In this document: positions 38,721 to 53,415 of the stretch, piece after piece
Numbering within the stretch: the stretch's first letter is position 1
How the letters are laid out: every line of letters starts with the position of its first letter
Assembly: GCF_001194135.2 (NCBI RefSeq)
Contig: NC_068999.1
Coordinates: 11,400,974 to 11,458,968 of the forward strand
Direction: 5' to 3'
Source: Octopus bimaculoides
Taxonomy: Eukaryota
Length of the DNA: 57,995 bases
The notes under the pieces: model-generated
The model's database searches: none
Seen by the model: the letters and a program-made list of their open reading frames with translations, nothing else
Told to the model about the DNA's origin: nothing
Made by a program: the position numbers and the translations under genes

Positions 38721-40554
38721 GAGTATAACAATTGACATTTTGGCAAAATGGTAAACCATATTAGGTATGTAACTTTTTGTGATACTCATTTCATCGACCT
38801 AGAAATTATGAAATGCAAAATCAACGTCGGTGCAGTGTAAATGCAGAACTTCATATTTTCATTTTAATTCCTTTTCCGAATCATATATTTTATTACCTCC
38901 TTATGTTGTCATTTCATGAGTTTCAAAGAATGTTGTCGTTTTCGCTAAATTCTGTAGTAGTAAGCATATAGTTGTAAGATATGTCAGAAATTGCGTTTTA
39001 GTATATATAATTTGTGTAGTGAATATTCATTGAAACTGAAATACGTCATTTCACTCTTGTAATATATTGTTTACATAGCTTGTCCGTTCCCAGGGATTAC
39101 GGCATCTATCACATAAGTTTTGGTGAAGTTCTTTTTTTTCAGTATTGCTTCAAATAATTTTTTTTGTAATTATCTAGGAAAATAATAGTATTACTGCAAC
39201 TGATCGGTACACGATAGCTTATTGTACACAGAGAACCATACGCTCACACACACAGGCACTTACACATTCGCCCATGATGCACACATTTGCATATAACTAT
39301 GCATTTAAGTGTTCATCGAACGCACAGAATGTTGCAATCTAAACGTGCATGAGTTTTTTTTAATATTTGGGATTGCTGTGCGAAGTGGACAATCCTTGAG
39401 AAATCAAAGACAATAAAAGAACCTACTGAAGTGTTGATTGAGACAATTTTTACGCCTCAAAATTATTCAAAACGCAGATATTTATAAAAAGAAGAATGAG
39501 AAATTGTAATAAAATGCAGACACTTCAATAAGTGTCGATTATGCATTTGAGGAAGAGCACTATCACACACGTAATTTTAGTTTGTCCTACCCTGTTAAAG
39601 CTTTACTCCATCTCTGATATCTTGTCCTTAATATACACAGCTTTTTCCAGCCGTTATTATATTCTCTTCCCTTACATTATGATTCCTTTTCACTAAACTT
39701 TTTATCCATCCATCGAAAGCTTTTTACAAGTTCTCCAATAATGAGGTTGCAGAAACTTCAGGGAGAAAAAAGAACCGTATGGATAAGACAGACACTGCAT
39801 TTAAAGAGGACGTTATATACAACAATATATGGATTCCCAAAGGTGTTCATAATTATCGCATACTCTGCGACAGTGAAGGTATCTGAACTGGAGATGACTT
39901 AAAAACATATCCCATCAGTGTCGAGTACAATATTTTCTAATATTTTGATATTACTATCAAACTTATTTCACCTCTGAAAAAACACATATACACACGTTGG
40001 CGTATTTGTGCTTGATATATGTGCGTGAGTAGGTCCTTTTGTGCGGGGGTGTGTTGCGTCTACTACGTAGATTCACACACATAACATACATTGATACTGT
40101 ATGTACAGTGTTTTCTGCTGGGTGGACGCTGATATTAAATAAGTTGTTAAACGCAAATGGGTAGCTCCCGTTATTAAATTTAATGTGGTTATAAAAAAAT
40201 TCGTTTTGTTTCTCTGAGATTGACCAACTGATGTAGACACCACTGATATTTATCTCTCTATGTATCTATATATCAACATACACATAAATATATGGACGTT
40301 TCAATAGGTGTATGTATACATATGTTCCTTTCTATATGTATGCACATATATGCATATTTACACACACATATGAACACACACATATTCACATGTACTCACA
40401 CGTATGTACGCACACATGTACGCACATGCACGCAAACATTTACGCACATGTACGCACATATGCATACGTATGCTAGCATGTATATATGTATGTTGCATGT
40501 ATGTATGTATGTATGTATTTATGTATGTAAGCATGTATGGATAATTCCTTTCTT

Positions 40555-42250
40555 CCTGTTGACAAGAGACGATTTAAAATTTTTTGTCCGCAACTTTTGT
40601 AAATAAGATCATGCCAGATCATGTACGCCTTTGTGCTGAAATAATTAAAACATCCCTTATTTTCATTTTGATCCCATATTTATTCAAAATGCGCAGCATC
40701 ATTCTTGTTGAATTAACTGTAATTACGATATGTTTGAAAAATGATATAATAAAGAATTTTGCTTTCGTAACCGTAATTGAATGAAAATCCTGTGCTGTGA
40801 CGCAAGATTCCAATGAGAATTAGAAGAGAAAAAAAAAATCCCAGTGCTAATGTTTGATGGAACCACTGCCGAAAATTGAAATTGATCAATAGGCTACATT
40901 CAAAAGAGGGAAAAGAAAAAGAAGCAATGACATATTTGAAAGTGATGAGGGAGAAAATGATATGGCGGAGGAGGAAATAAAAACTTCACAGATATAATGA
41001 TAATGAGAATTACATAATGAGAGTGACGGATATCGAAATCGGGCAATAATAAAAATTAAACATGAGTTATGAATATTTGGAGCTTTAATAAATATAAAGA
41101 AAGAGGATAAAAATATAATTGACTAGAAAAAAAAAATATTTCGAAGAATGGAAAACGAAAGCAGAAAATAGTCGAGATTTTTGAAGTAGAAAGGAAAAGA
41201 AAGATGGAGATTGATATGCTGTGTAAATAAATTAAGGAAAGAAATAGTTTATTGCATTAGAAACACGATATTTTGAATCAAATGAAGAATATACACAAAA
41301 ATTAAAAACACGGGTAGGTATACCTCGGAGACAAATCGTCTGTATTTCTGTCTCTTTGCCCGTCTCGCTAAATATATATATATATTCTTCTATTCTCTTA
41401 TTCTTTTATTTGTTTCACTCATTTGACTGTGGCCATGATGGAGCACCGCCTTATGTCGAACAAATCGACCTCAAGACTTATTCTTTCTAAGCCTAGTACT
41501 TATTATATCGGATACTTTTGCCAAAGGGCTAAGATACAGGGACGTAAATAGAGCAACATCAGTTGTTAGGCGATGTTGGATGAACAAACGCAGACACACA
41601 CACAAATATATAGATATATACATATACACGAAGGGCTTCTTTCAGTTTCCGTCTACCAAATCCACTCACAAGGCTATGGTTGGCCCGAGTCTGTAGTAGA
41701 AAGCAATCGCCCAAGGCGCTACACAGTGGACTAAACCTGGATCCATTTTGTTGGTCAGCAAGCTTCTTACCACAGTGCCATGCACCTGTGTGCGTGTATA
41801 GGCGTAAATATGAATATATATATGTNNNNNNNNNNNNNNNNNNNNNNNNNNNNNNNNNNNNNNNNNNNNNNNNNNNNNNNNNNNNNNNNNNNNNNNNNNN
41901 NNNNNNNNNNNNNNNNNNNNNNNNNNNNNNNNNNNNNNNNNNNNNNNNNNNNNNNNNNNNNNNNNNNNNNNNNNNNNNNNNNNNNNNNNNNNNNNNNNNN
42001 NNNNNNNNNNNNNNNNNNNNNNNNNNNNNNTATATATATATATATATGGATGTTAATGTATATAAATATTGCGTTATAGAAATTAAATTTATTTCATAAA
42101 GAATGAAACAGCGCATTTCCAGAATATACGGGTTCAAAATAAAAATAAGAAACGTTTGAATTCTCTTAAACAATGGTATACATGATCTGGCTTCGTCTCG
42201 TCTACAAAAATTGTGAAGAAAAATTATTCAAATTGTTTCTTGTCAACGGG
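40555..42250. repeat. Long diverged inverted repeat (arms ~40555-40730 and ~42070-42250)
   Basis: Left cctgttgacaagagacgattt...gccagatcatgta...cttattttcattttgatccc...aaatgcgc aligns with the reverse complement of the right arm cccgttgacaagaaacaattt...gccagatcatgta...cttatttttattttgaaccc...aaatgcgc. Confidence 0.85.
41396..41787 (-). mobile_element. SINE family B, full length
   Basis: Colinear reverse complement of 18038-18459. Confidence 0.92.
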
Positions 42251-43064
42251 AGATATTTATGAAGCAACTTATATAAATATACTTACGTACGGACATACAT
42301 ATATGCATACATAGATGCATATATATACACAAATGCACACACACATACATACATTAATATACACATGCATTCATACATGCATACATACAAAGATACATTC
42401 ATATACGCATACACATATAATAAATATGTATGCGTCTATGCATGTATTCTTTTGGGTGTATAACAGTAAGAGGAAGAAGGATATTGGGCGAAAGAGTCGA
42501 GTATCATATTCTGAGAAATAAATGCGCACACCACGTTTTCCAATTAGGCCTCTGTATCCAAAATGCTGCTTTAGACACTCACCCTCAACAATAAAATTTA
42601 AGAGCATGCTTCGCTAGCTAAGGTAAAAATAAAAAAATAAAAAAAATTAATGTGATTTACGTCATATCCATTCTAAAAGCGCCTTCGACAATGCACTGTA
42701 CCCACCTGCAACATATACTGATTACAATTTTCAGGAGTATTTTGTGAGTTAACCCACGAAAATATCGAAGGTAATTACCTTTCGCTAAACACAACATTTA
42801 ACATGATATCTTATCTGCAAACAAATATCTCATGGCTGGTAGTTTGTTTTTCTTGATCATCAACGAATAAGCATTTTCAAAATACACGAGTTTCTCAAAA
42901 AAACTGTTAGTCGGTGATGGGCATATATATTCAGAAGTAAACATACGCGGTAAATATTTAAATCTTACGCGACCGGATATAAATTCTATAAGTTACCCGG
43001 TTGTTTGTGACAGAGGAAGCACAATTTGATAAATGTGTAGCATTGTTGTCAGAAGTACTTCGGT

Positions 43065-43230
43065 TATTATTTAGAGTGCTGGACTCATGTTCGTAAGGTT
43101 GTGGTTTCGATACCTGGACCTGACCATGCCCTGTGATCTTGAGCAAAACACTGCGTTTCACAATGCTACAGTTCACTTAGCAAAACATGGGTAATCCTTA
43201 TCAAATTGGCGACCCTTCCAGCGGAGAGTA
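43065..43230 (+). mobile_element. Diverged SINE, family C/D head and central domain
   Basis: ggtttcgatacc B box; tgtgatcttgagcaaaacactgcgtttcacaatgctacagttcacttagc. Confidence 0.65.
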
Positions 43231-43525
43231 TATACTGCGCAAAGCACAACAAACTGGTCCTATGCATTTATAGTTCGTGGAGGAAGTTTCATCTCAATAT
43301 TTTTTCTATTGTAATTTCAGAATGGATTTTAATTCGTTCCAAATTAACAGTACTTCTAGACATTAACCGTAATCTTCAAAAAGGGAAATACATACAGCCA
43401 TACACACGTACAAATATATAAATATACACACATAAAATCATACACACACATACATAATGCGGTAGAGAGTCGTAGGGAGATAGAAGCGGATAGTCTGTGA
43501 GAAATGTAGTTTTTGAATATACATG

Positions 43526-43559
<34 letters not shown>

Positions 43560-44542
43560 NNNNNNNNNNNNNNNNNNNNNNNNNNNNNNNNNNNNNNNNN
43601 NNNNNNNNNNNNNNNNNNNNNNNNNNNNNNNNNNNNNNNNNNNNNNNNNNNNNNNNNNNNNNNNNNNNNNNNNNNNNNNNNNNNNNNNNNNNNNNNNNNN
43701 NNNNNNNNNNNNNNNNNNNNNNNNNNNNNNNNNNNNNNNNNNNNNNNNNNNNNNNNNNNNNNNNNNNNNNNNNNNNNNNNNNNNNNNNNNNNNNNNNNNN
43801 NNNNNNNNNNNNNNNNNNNNNNNNNNNNNNNNNNNNNNNNNNNNNNNNNNNNNNNNNNNNNNNNNNNNNNNNNNNNNNNNNNNNNNNNNNNNNNNNNNNN
43901 NNNNNNNNNNNNNNNNNNNNNNNNNNNNNNNNNNNNNNNNNNNNNNNNNNNNNNNNNNNNNNNNNNNNNNNNNNNNNNNNNNNNNNNNNNNNNNNNNNNN
44001 NNNNNNNNNNNNNNNNNNNNNNNNNNNNNNNNNNNNNNNNNNNNNNNNNNNNNNNNNNNNNNNNNNNNNNNNNNNNNNNNNNNNNNNNNNNNNNNNNNNN
44101 NNNNNNNNNNNNNNNNNNNNNNNNNNNNNNNNNNNNNNNNNNNNNNNNNNNNNNNNNNNNNNNNNNNNNNNNNNNNNNNNNNNNNNNNNNNNNNNNNNNN
44201 NNNNNNNNNNNNNNNNNNNNNNNNNNNNNNNNNNNNNNNNNNNNNNNNNNNNNNNNNNNNNNNNNNNNNNNNNNNNNNNNNNNNNNNNNNNNNNNNNNNN
44301 NNNNNNNNNNNNNNNNNNNNNNNNNNNNNNNNNNNNNNNNNNNNNNNNNNNNNNNNNNNNNNNNNNNNNNNNNNNNNNNNNNNNNNNNNNNNNNNNNNNN
44401 NNNNNNNNNNNNNNNNNNNNNNNNNNNNNNNNNNNNNNNNNNNNNNNNNNNNNNNNNNNNNNNNNNNNNNNNNNNNNNNNNNNNNNNNNNNNNNNNNNNN
44501 NNNNNNNNNNNNNNNNNNNNNNNNNNNNNNNNNNNNNNNNNN

Positions 44543-44587
<45 letters not shown>

Positions 44588-45055
44588 TGTGTGTAGGTGG
44601 GTATGTATTTGTATGTGTGTATGCATGTATGTATTATGCGTACGCATGCATGGAAAGTTTTTCTCATATATTTCATAGATCCACTACAGAAATTGTATTA
44701 CGCACGTGAGTCTATGTTCATGTGGTATCATATGAGTATATGTGTGACTGAGAGAGAGATAGAGATAGTGAAAGGGAAAGAGGGAGAGTGAGAGTGAAAA
44801 AGTGGGAGAAAGACAGACAGAGACGTTTCATGCAGTGTTCACATAAGTTATAATTTAATTCGAAAAAGAATTACTTCAAGCGAAGAATTGGTCATGAAAT
44901 TCATCGAATATTGCTTTAGACATATGATATATTGTATCTTACTAATGTTGTTATATTACCAAATATTATATTTGATATATAATCATATACAGACATGTAA
45001 ATATATACAGACATTTATATATAACTGTTAGTCTATATCCGCAGACACACACATA

Positions 45056-45087
<32 letters not shown>

Positions 45088-45747
45088 NNNNNNNNNNNNN
45101 NNNNNNNNNNNNNNNNNNNNNNNNNNNNNNNNNNNNNNNNNNNNNNNNNNNNNNNNNNNNNNNNNNNNNNNNNNNNNNNNNNNNNNNNNNNNNNNNNNNN
45201 NNNNNNNNNNNNNNNNNNNNNNNNNNNNNNNNNNNNNNNNNNNNNNNNNNNNNNNNNNNNNNNNNNNNNNNNNNNNNNNNNNNNNNNNNNNNNNNNNNNN
45301 NNNNNNNNNNNNNNNNNNNNNNNNNNNNNNNNNNNNNNNNNNNNNNNNNNNNNNNNNNNNNNNNNNNNNNNNNNNNNNNNNNNNNNNNNNNNNNNNNNNN
45401 NNNNNNNNNNNNNNNNNNNNNNNNNNNNNNNNNNNNNNNNNNNNNNNNNNNNNNNNNNNNNNNNNNNNNNNNNNNNNNNNNNNNNNNNNNNNNNNNNNNN
45501 NNNNNNNNNNNNNNNNNNNNNNNNNNNNNNNNNNNNNNNNNNNNNNNNNNNNNNNNNNNNNNNNNNNNNNNNNNNNNNNNNNNNNNNNNNNNNNNNNNNN
45601 NNNNNNNNNNNNNNNNNNNNNNNNNNNNNNNNNNNNNNNNNNNNNNNNNNNNNNNNNNNNNNNNNNNNNNNNNNNNNNNNNNNNNNNNNNNNNNNNNNNN
45701 NNNNNNNNNNNNNNNNNNNNNNNNNNNNNNNNNNNNNNNNNNNNNNN

Positions 45748-45783
<36 letters not shown>

Positions 45784-46416
45784 TACACGTACGTACAGAA
45801 ATTCATAGATGCATACATAGAATTTAATGTGTGTGGTGATTCGTCCGTGACGCGTGTTTGAAGATTCTCTGTATACATGTTCGAATATTTCTGTCTGTAT
45901 GAGAATGTCTGTCACATATATGTGCGACTGTGTATGGGTGTACATATGTGTGTGCGAGTTTAAGCGTGTGTAAGCGTATATGATTGATGCTAGTATTACT
46001 GCCTGTCTATGCTTTCATATGTAACAGTCTGTTTGTCCTCGTATATGTGTGTATTTAGGCTGATAGGCTTGTGTCTTTCAATTGCTCTTGATGAGAGATA
46101 CCCATTCAGCAATGAAAAGTCCACCATTTTGAAACGAAATCTCTAACTTAATGTCATGACCTTTACAAGCCTTTCTTATCACTTGGTGACATTTCGTTCT
46201 CTATGATTGCTCATTTCTAAAGGTAGCCAAAAAATGTTTCAGATAACCGAATCGCACATTCCTTTCGTCTTGCAATTCCTTACTCGGGGAAAATGGCCAA
46301 GAATTTCCATACAGAACGATAATTATGTATCTGTAATCTCTACGCATCGCTGTCTCATTTATATGCCTATATATATGTGCATTTATATATGCATGTATAA
46401 TATATATACACATACA

Positions 46417-46450
<34 letters not shown>

Positions 46451-47430
46451 TANNNNNNNNNNNNNNNNNNNNNNNNNNNNNNNNNNNNNNNNNNNNNNNN
46501 NNNNNNNNNNNNNNNNNNNNNNNNNNNNNNNNNNNNNNNNNNNNNNNNNNNNNNNNNNNNNNNNNNNNNNNNNNNNNNNNNNNNNNNNNNNNNNNNNNNN
46601 NNNNNNNNNNNNNNNNNNNNNNNNNNNNNNNNNNNNNNNNNNNNNNNNNNNNNNNNNNNNNNNNNNNNNNNNNNNNNNNNNNNNNNNNNNNNNNNNNNNN
46701 NNNNNNNNNNNNNNNNNNNNNNNNNNNNNNNNNNNNNNNNNNNNNNNNNNNNNNNNNNNNNNNNNNNNNNNNNNNNNNNNNNNNNNNNNNNNNNNNNNNN
46801 NNNNNNNNNNNNNNNNNNNNNNNNNNNNNNNNNNNNNNNNNNNNNNNNNNNNNNNNNNNNNNNNNNNNNNNNNNNNNNNNNNNNNNNNNNNNNNNNNNNN
46901 NNNNNNNNNNNNNNNNNNNNNNNNNNNNNNNNNNNNNNNNNNNNNNNNNNNNNNNNNNNNNNNNNNNNNNNNNNNNNNNNNNNNNNNNNNNNNNNNNNNN
47001 NNNNNNNNNNNNNNNNNNNNNNNNNNNNNNNNNNNNNNNNNNNNNNNNNNNNNNNNNNNNNNNNNNNNNNNNNNNNNNNNNNNNNNNNNNNNNNNNNNNN
47101 NNNNNNNNNNNNNNNNNNNNNNNNNNNNNNNNNNNNNNNNNNNNNNNNNNNNNNNNNNNNNNNNNNNNNNNNNNNNNNNNNNNNNNNNNNNNNNNNNNNN
47201 NNNNNNNNNNNNNNNNNNNNNNNNNNNNNNNNNNNNNNNNNNNNNNNNNNNNNNNNNNNNNNNNNNNNNNNNNNNNNNNNNNNNNNNNNNNNNNNNNNNN
47301 NNNNNNNNNNNNNNNNNNNNNNNNNNNNNNNNNNNNNNNNNNNNNNNNNNNNNNNNNNNNNNNNNNNNNNNNNNNNNNNNNNNNNNNNNNNNNNNNNNNN
47401 NNNNNNNNNNNNNNNNNNNNNNNNNNNNNN

Positions 47431-47468
<38 letters not shown>

Positions 47469-50278
47469 TTATATATATACTTATACATATATATACATAA
47501 ATATATATATATACATATATACATACACACATACAAACAACACAAACACACAAATGTGTGTGTTTATGCGTCTATATATATGTGAATGTATGCACATGTT
47601 CGCATTGGTACCACCTTGCATGCCTCTGTGCACGCGTTTCTCCGATCTCTTTACGTGTTTATATATGCGTGTACGATTTATGTATACACCTGTGTCTCCT
47701 CTCTTTCTCTCCCTCTCTCTCTCTCTCACTCACTCTCACTTTCTGTCTCCAGATATTATACAATCAAACTTACCCTCCCCGTTCTAAAATAATGAAGTAT
47801 ATTTTGTGGATTCACGTGTCATAAAGTTGAGCACCAAATTTATGGTGCTCTTTTAGATGTCCCCCTCGCAACAATACCTGCTCATCGTTTCAATATTATC
47901 TGGGTTTTTTTTTTTTTTTTGGTTGGGAGTTTACTATTACCCACTTGACGTTTTCTTTTTTATTCTTTCTTTATTTTCTCTCAGAATTAGATTCGTTATT
48001 AGGCCATTCTTTAATTTTTCGTGAATCCAATTTGGTTAATTATTATTATTTATTTCACTGTTATGGTGAATTTCTCTTACTTGTTTACTATATCTTAAAT
48101 AGTTAACATAGCAATGTTGTCAAAAAATTAATGGTTAAGTATCACATTCATATTAACATTGACGAAGTTCATAAAGTTTCTATCATGACCTTTATCTATA
48201 GTGTGCTGGAAACCCTATCGTGATGTTTTCGTTTCGATTCTCAGATGGAGCTACCCGTTATGAGTTTTAATAAAATAATTATTTTCGCTTTGTTAGATTT
48301 ACTTTCATAAAAACTTAGTACAAATAATTATTGGTGTATGTACCTCAAACAAACAGGTAACACATTCAAAGGAAACTGTGTCATGTTGCATATAAGACAC
48401 AGAAACCAGAGTATTCTACAGGCGTTATGAACTTGTAGACTTCTGGTAGACGAATGAATAACGTCTCTTATTCATAGAATGATAAAATGATAGGGATAAC
48501 TTCCATGAAATTTTCAGAAAATTGAAAGTGATTTCTGGCTATGTTTTCCTAAATCTACACACTAATGCGAGTATTTTGTGTGCGCATGATATTATTCTAG
48601 AGGGGCAGCATACGTGGCCTAGTCTTCAGCTATCTTGTCTCTGGATCATGATGCATTTGGTTTAGATGTCTGTTGTCGGAGGTACATTTTGACTTGTACA
48701 ATTTGCTACACTAAAATGTTATTGGTGTCCACTCAGCGGGCAAAAGATTTATTCAGGTGGGTACAGAACAGGAGTTCGGGGGATTCTCATCGGGAAAAAT
48801 TACTTTGACGCATTATAAATACCAGACATTTTCTCTTTTTTATTAAAAAGAAATATAATCGTGTTCGTCTTTGCCCCTTGTAATGTCAAGACTGGTCAAT
48901 CAAATACTGAGATAGATTTAATGAATTGTCAACGTTATACAGGTGAATGCTCATGTAAGGGGTTCTATATAGTGACATAAACAATAAGAGCAACAACAAC
49001 AAATTATATTATATTTTGTGTAAGCATTTAATCAAAGGCTGCAATTGTGAATAACGATATTTCAGACAAGGTATCGTACATAGATGCGAGTAAACCCGAA
49101 TATACATACATTGGGAATAACTCAGAATATATTTAAATTTCATTCTTCTCCAGTTCCAGCCGGCAAACAATTCTTACATTTTAAAGTTAAATATATTTTT
49201 GAAATAAGGACATATTGAAAATAAATATATTGTTTGTCAAAGCAATGTTTAAACAACGGGTATATGTATAGACTTAAACATCGAAAATTCTGCGGGTACA
49301 TTATACGCAGCAATATACGTGTGTGTATATATATCTCTACATGCCGGCATGCATATATACACATATGTGTTTATGTGTGCGTGTGAGGGTATGTGCATGT
49401 GTATATGTGCGTGTATGTGTGTGATAGTGTGTATATATACATACAGCCATATTGAAGCTACGGAGAGAGAAAATATAATTTTGCTGAAGTGAGAACAAAG
49501 TAATGATCTACAAGATTAATTCTACTTACAAATCTATTGCGGTTCGCAAAAATATTTTAAAACTACATTGTCCCAAAGCCATTACAAATCTGGCTGTATT
49601 TTGAGATACGAAGACCCTAACTAAGGACATTATTTCAAATTTGAACCCAGAAAGAATTTCTACATTCTTATCTTAGGATTGTTTAATTTTTTTTTTTAAT
49701 TACACTAAATGTTATGTGTCATCGTAACTGCATTCATTGGTTCAAATCATTATTAAAATTAAAAGAAGTAAAAACGGGAAATACGCGTTCATAAGAAGAT
49801 ACTTACTTGTTATCCATTAAGATTTATACTAAAGAAACAATGAAATGGGCTCATATAAACGTACAGCCTTATACATAAATATATATGTATATATATACAT
49901 ATCTATATACACACGCGTTTGTATATATATACCATTATACACATATACATTTACAAATGTGTGTGTGTGAGTGTTTGTGGCGTATGCCATTATTAATTTT
50001 ATTTTTCGGAGATATTTAGATACTTAGAAGAGATAAAGATTCATTAAAATCTATTGAAACGGAGGATAGATGAAGGAAATGCTGTTAATGGAAAGTAAAA
50101 CTCACACACTCACCTCCAATATATACATATAGAGAGGCGATAGCTATCATAAGACCTACACATACACACAAAAAGGAGAACGTCACTGAAGATATGACGT
50201 GACGCACACATACATACATTTTATAGCATATATACATACATATATGCATATAATATTAATATATGCATCTATACGCTT

Positions 50279-50312
<34 letters not shown>

Positions 50313-50635
50313 NNNNNNNNNNNNNNNNNNNNNNNNNNNNNNNNNNNNNNNNNNNNNNNNNNNNNNNNNNNNNNNNNNNNNNNNNNNNNNNNNNNNNNNN
50401 NNNNNNNNNNNNNNNNNNNNNNNNNNNNNNNNNNNNNNNNNNNNNNNNNNNNNNNNNNNNNNNNNNNNNNNNNNNNNNNNNNNNNNNNNNNNNNNNNNNN
50501 NNNNNNNNNNNNNNNNNNNNNNNNNNNNNNNNNNNNNNNNNNNNNNNNNNNNNNNNNNNNNNNNNNNNNNNNATATATATATATATATATATATATACAT
50601 ACATACATAACGAAATATATTCGCAAACGTATATG

Positions 50636-50668
<33 letters not shown>

Positions 50669-51271
50669 GTTTCTATGTATGTATTTATATGTGTGTATAT
50701 AGACGGATCCTATTCAGGAAATTGCTAAAATAAATATATACATTATGAAAGTAATCAATTTCTGATTCACAAATGAGTTTTATATATTCTTCCTTTTGTT
50801 CTCATTGACATTGTTATTGATGTTGCTGATGTTTCTCTTCTGGTTGTTGTCTCTTATTGTTTTGTTTAAATATAATTCTGGCCTTCATTGCTTATATGAT
50901 TTTGGTATAATTTTCTTAGTTTGTTTTCCAGGATTCCTTTTTCTTATTTATCGTCTTTCTTGTAGTTTATTTATTTAATAATTTTTTCTTGTGTTCGTTT
51001 ATGTTGGCTTTGGTGAGTTCTTGGAAACTAATTGATAAAATCTAAATACATCATAAGCGATCAGCCATTGATTTAAAGCAATTAAATTGAGAAGTAAAAT
51101 TGTTACCACGGTAGTGTAAATTTTAAATTAATATTCATTCCTGTTTCCCTGAATTTACGTACGTGCACGTATGTATGTATGTATGTATGTATGTATGAAA
51201 CGTATGTGTTTTTGTGCGTTAGTTCATGTGTTCTATATCTGTGAATTTGTATGCATGCATAGTTGATTTTC

Positions 51272-51324
<53 letters not shown>

Positions 51325-51341
51325 ATATATATATATATATA

Positions 51342-51376
<35 letters not shown>

Positions 51377-51432
51377 TTGTCTGTCTGCCCCTTCTATTTA
51401 TCTCTCTGTCTCTCGATCTATCTTTCGGTCTA

Positions 51433-51463
<31 letters not shown>

Positions 51464-53047
51464 TTCGTTTTTGATGCACATGTTTGTATGGGTAGGTACA
51501 TCGGGTATATGAACAGACAACCACATAGGCATATAGGCAAATAGAAACTGAAACACATGACCACATATACATACACATTTGTCCACACATATGAAGATGT
51601 GCACCCATACATGGAAACATGGTACTTAACAGCAGAACACACACACGCACACACACAAATGCAGAATACATACATACATACAAACACACACATACATGCA
51701 TATATATATACACACACATACATACATATGCACACACGCAGACATACATCGGCATCGGCTCCCTAAGCCGTTGTCGGACTATGTGTGTGTGTGTGTGTGT
51801 GTATGTCTGTATTTGTGTGTGTGTATGTGTGTGCGTGTGCGCATTATTTTAGACGAAAAATAGAAAACGAAGGCAGAACGAGTATCTCATGTCATTTAGA
51901 ATAATTTAATTAGACTAACGTGAATTTAAATTCTTACCACAGTCACTGGGTATTCTTTCATCAGATCAAGGTATGAATAATTTAGACAGGGAAAGTTTAC
52001 AGGTAATACGGGATAAAATTCACAGTTTATAAGGAACAAAATATACTCTTTTTTTCTCCTAATTTATTCCTTATAAACTGCGAAATTTATTTTTTGTAAG
52101 TTCTAAGTTTAAAATATTTATAACTTGTCTATGCTGACGGATTACCCAGTGCATGGACATACGAATCTACCGCTTGAGTTACTCCGAAACGGCGGTAAGA
52201 CTTCAAATTCGCCTTACCCTAATTAAATTATTCTAAATGATTTGCGATACTCTTTCTGTTTTGGTATTGATGTTTCCTCTAATATGATATATACCTGTTA
52301 TTACGGATCCCCAATAAGAATCCCTAGATCCAGCCTAAGATATCATCTTTATTCACCATTTATTCACATACCCAGCGTATCTATTTGTTTAAATCACAAG
52401 TAAAATAAAACCCTCATATTCTTTCTATAAATTTTCTATAATGTAACTACACGTGGACTGGTGGCGATTTTTCCTCCTTCTTTTTCTTTTGAACTTTCGT
52501 ATGTCTCCTGCTCCCGAAAAGGCACTTTGCTCGAAACATAAAACAACCACTATTTCTTTCCTTCTCTGATTGTATTTTCTTGTCGTTTCTCTCTGTTATT
52601 TGATTAACTATATATGTGTGTTTGTGCGTGTGCATGTGTGTTTGTGTGTTTGTGAATGTGTGCGTGTGTATAAATATACTCGTATATGTGTAAGATCTGC
52701 TATAATACTCCTATGCAAGATGGATTGACGGCGAATTTTTTTAAATTTGATTTCACTTCTCACTTCAAATTAATGGGTGAAGAATTTTAAGAAAAATTAC
52801 TTTTCAAAATTTATGATTTGTTTTAAGTGCTTCTAATTTTAGAAATGAAAAAAAAGTGTCTTACTGAACAATTTCATTTTTATGAATTCATCCGTGGCTG
52901 AGTGATAAGGAATGAAGTTCCAGCCAAATGGCTCCGGGTGTCATTATAACAATTCTCTTCTACTATCGTTCTGGATCAACTATATACTTATGAGTGGATT
53001 TGCTAGACACACGGAAACAAAAGGAGACCCTATATATGTATACATAC

Positions 53048-53100
<53 letters not shown>

Positions 53101-53129
53101 TACATTTTTCTATTATCTGTTTTTTTCTA

Positions 53130-53262
53130 TTTTTTGTAATTTCCTTCCCTGTTTATTTCTGTGTTCCTTTCTGTCGAAGAGCGTAGGCTCGAAACGTAAA
53201 AGATTTTCTCACTTCCCGAGTGTTAAACTAATACGTCTTTCGATTTTTTTGTAAATTCTCAC
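53130..53262 (+). mobile_element. Probable Penelope-like element terminal-repeat fragment with hammerhead-like motif
   Basis: cttt-CTGTCGA-A-GAGCgtagGCTC-GAAAC-GTA-aaag at 53167-53202 has the layout of the minimal type I hammerheads known from PLE ends. Confidence 0.45.
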
Positions 53263-53329
53263 TATATATATATGTATATATACACCAGTGTAATTTAATG
53301 TCCGGTAAAAGAGACCTATTGCTGTAGTA

Positions 53330-53415
53330 TTAGTACCATGCTTGAAATTTAGTTGCTGGGATTAATGTAATCGACTCAGCCCTCATATTGAAAAATTGCT
53401 CACTTGAACCTTGTC
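53330..53415 (+). mobile_element. Degraded SINE family A 3' fragment
   Basis: gtacc...ctgggattaatgtaatcgactca. Confidence 0.5.

Noticed and set aside
38244-38789. His/Pro-rich 181-aa ORF and Asp/Glu-rich ORFs
   Set aside because: All frames are homopolymeric products of a GAT/GAG tract; no splice or domain support.
52168-52197. TACCGC...GAG-tta-CTC-CGAAAC...GCGGTA as a hammerhead
   Set aside because: The flanking stem is present but the CUGANGA core and the NUH site are missing.
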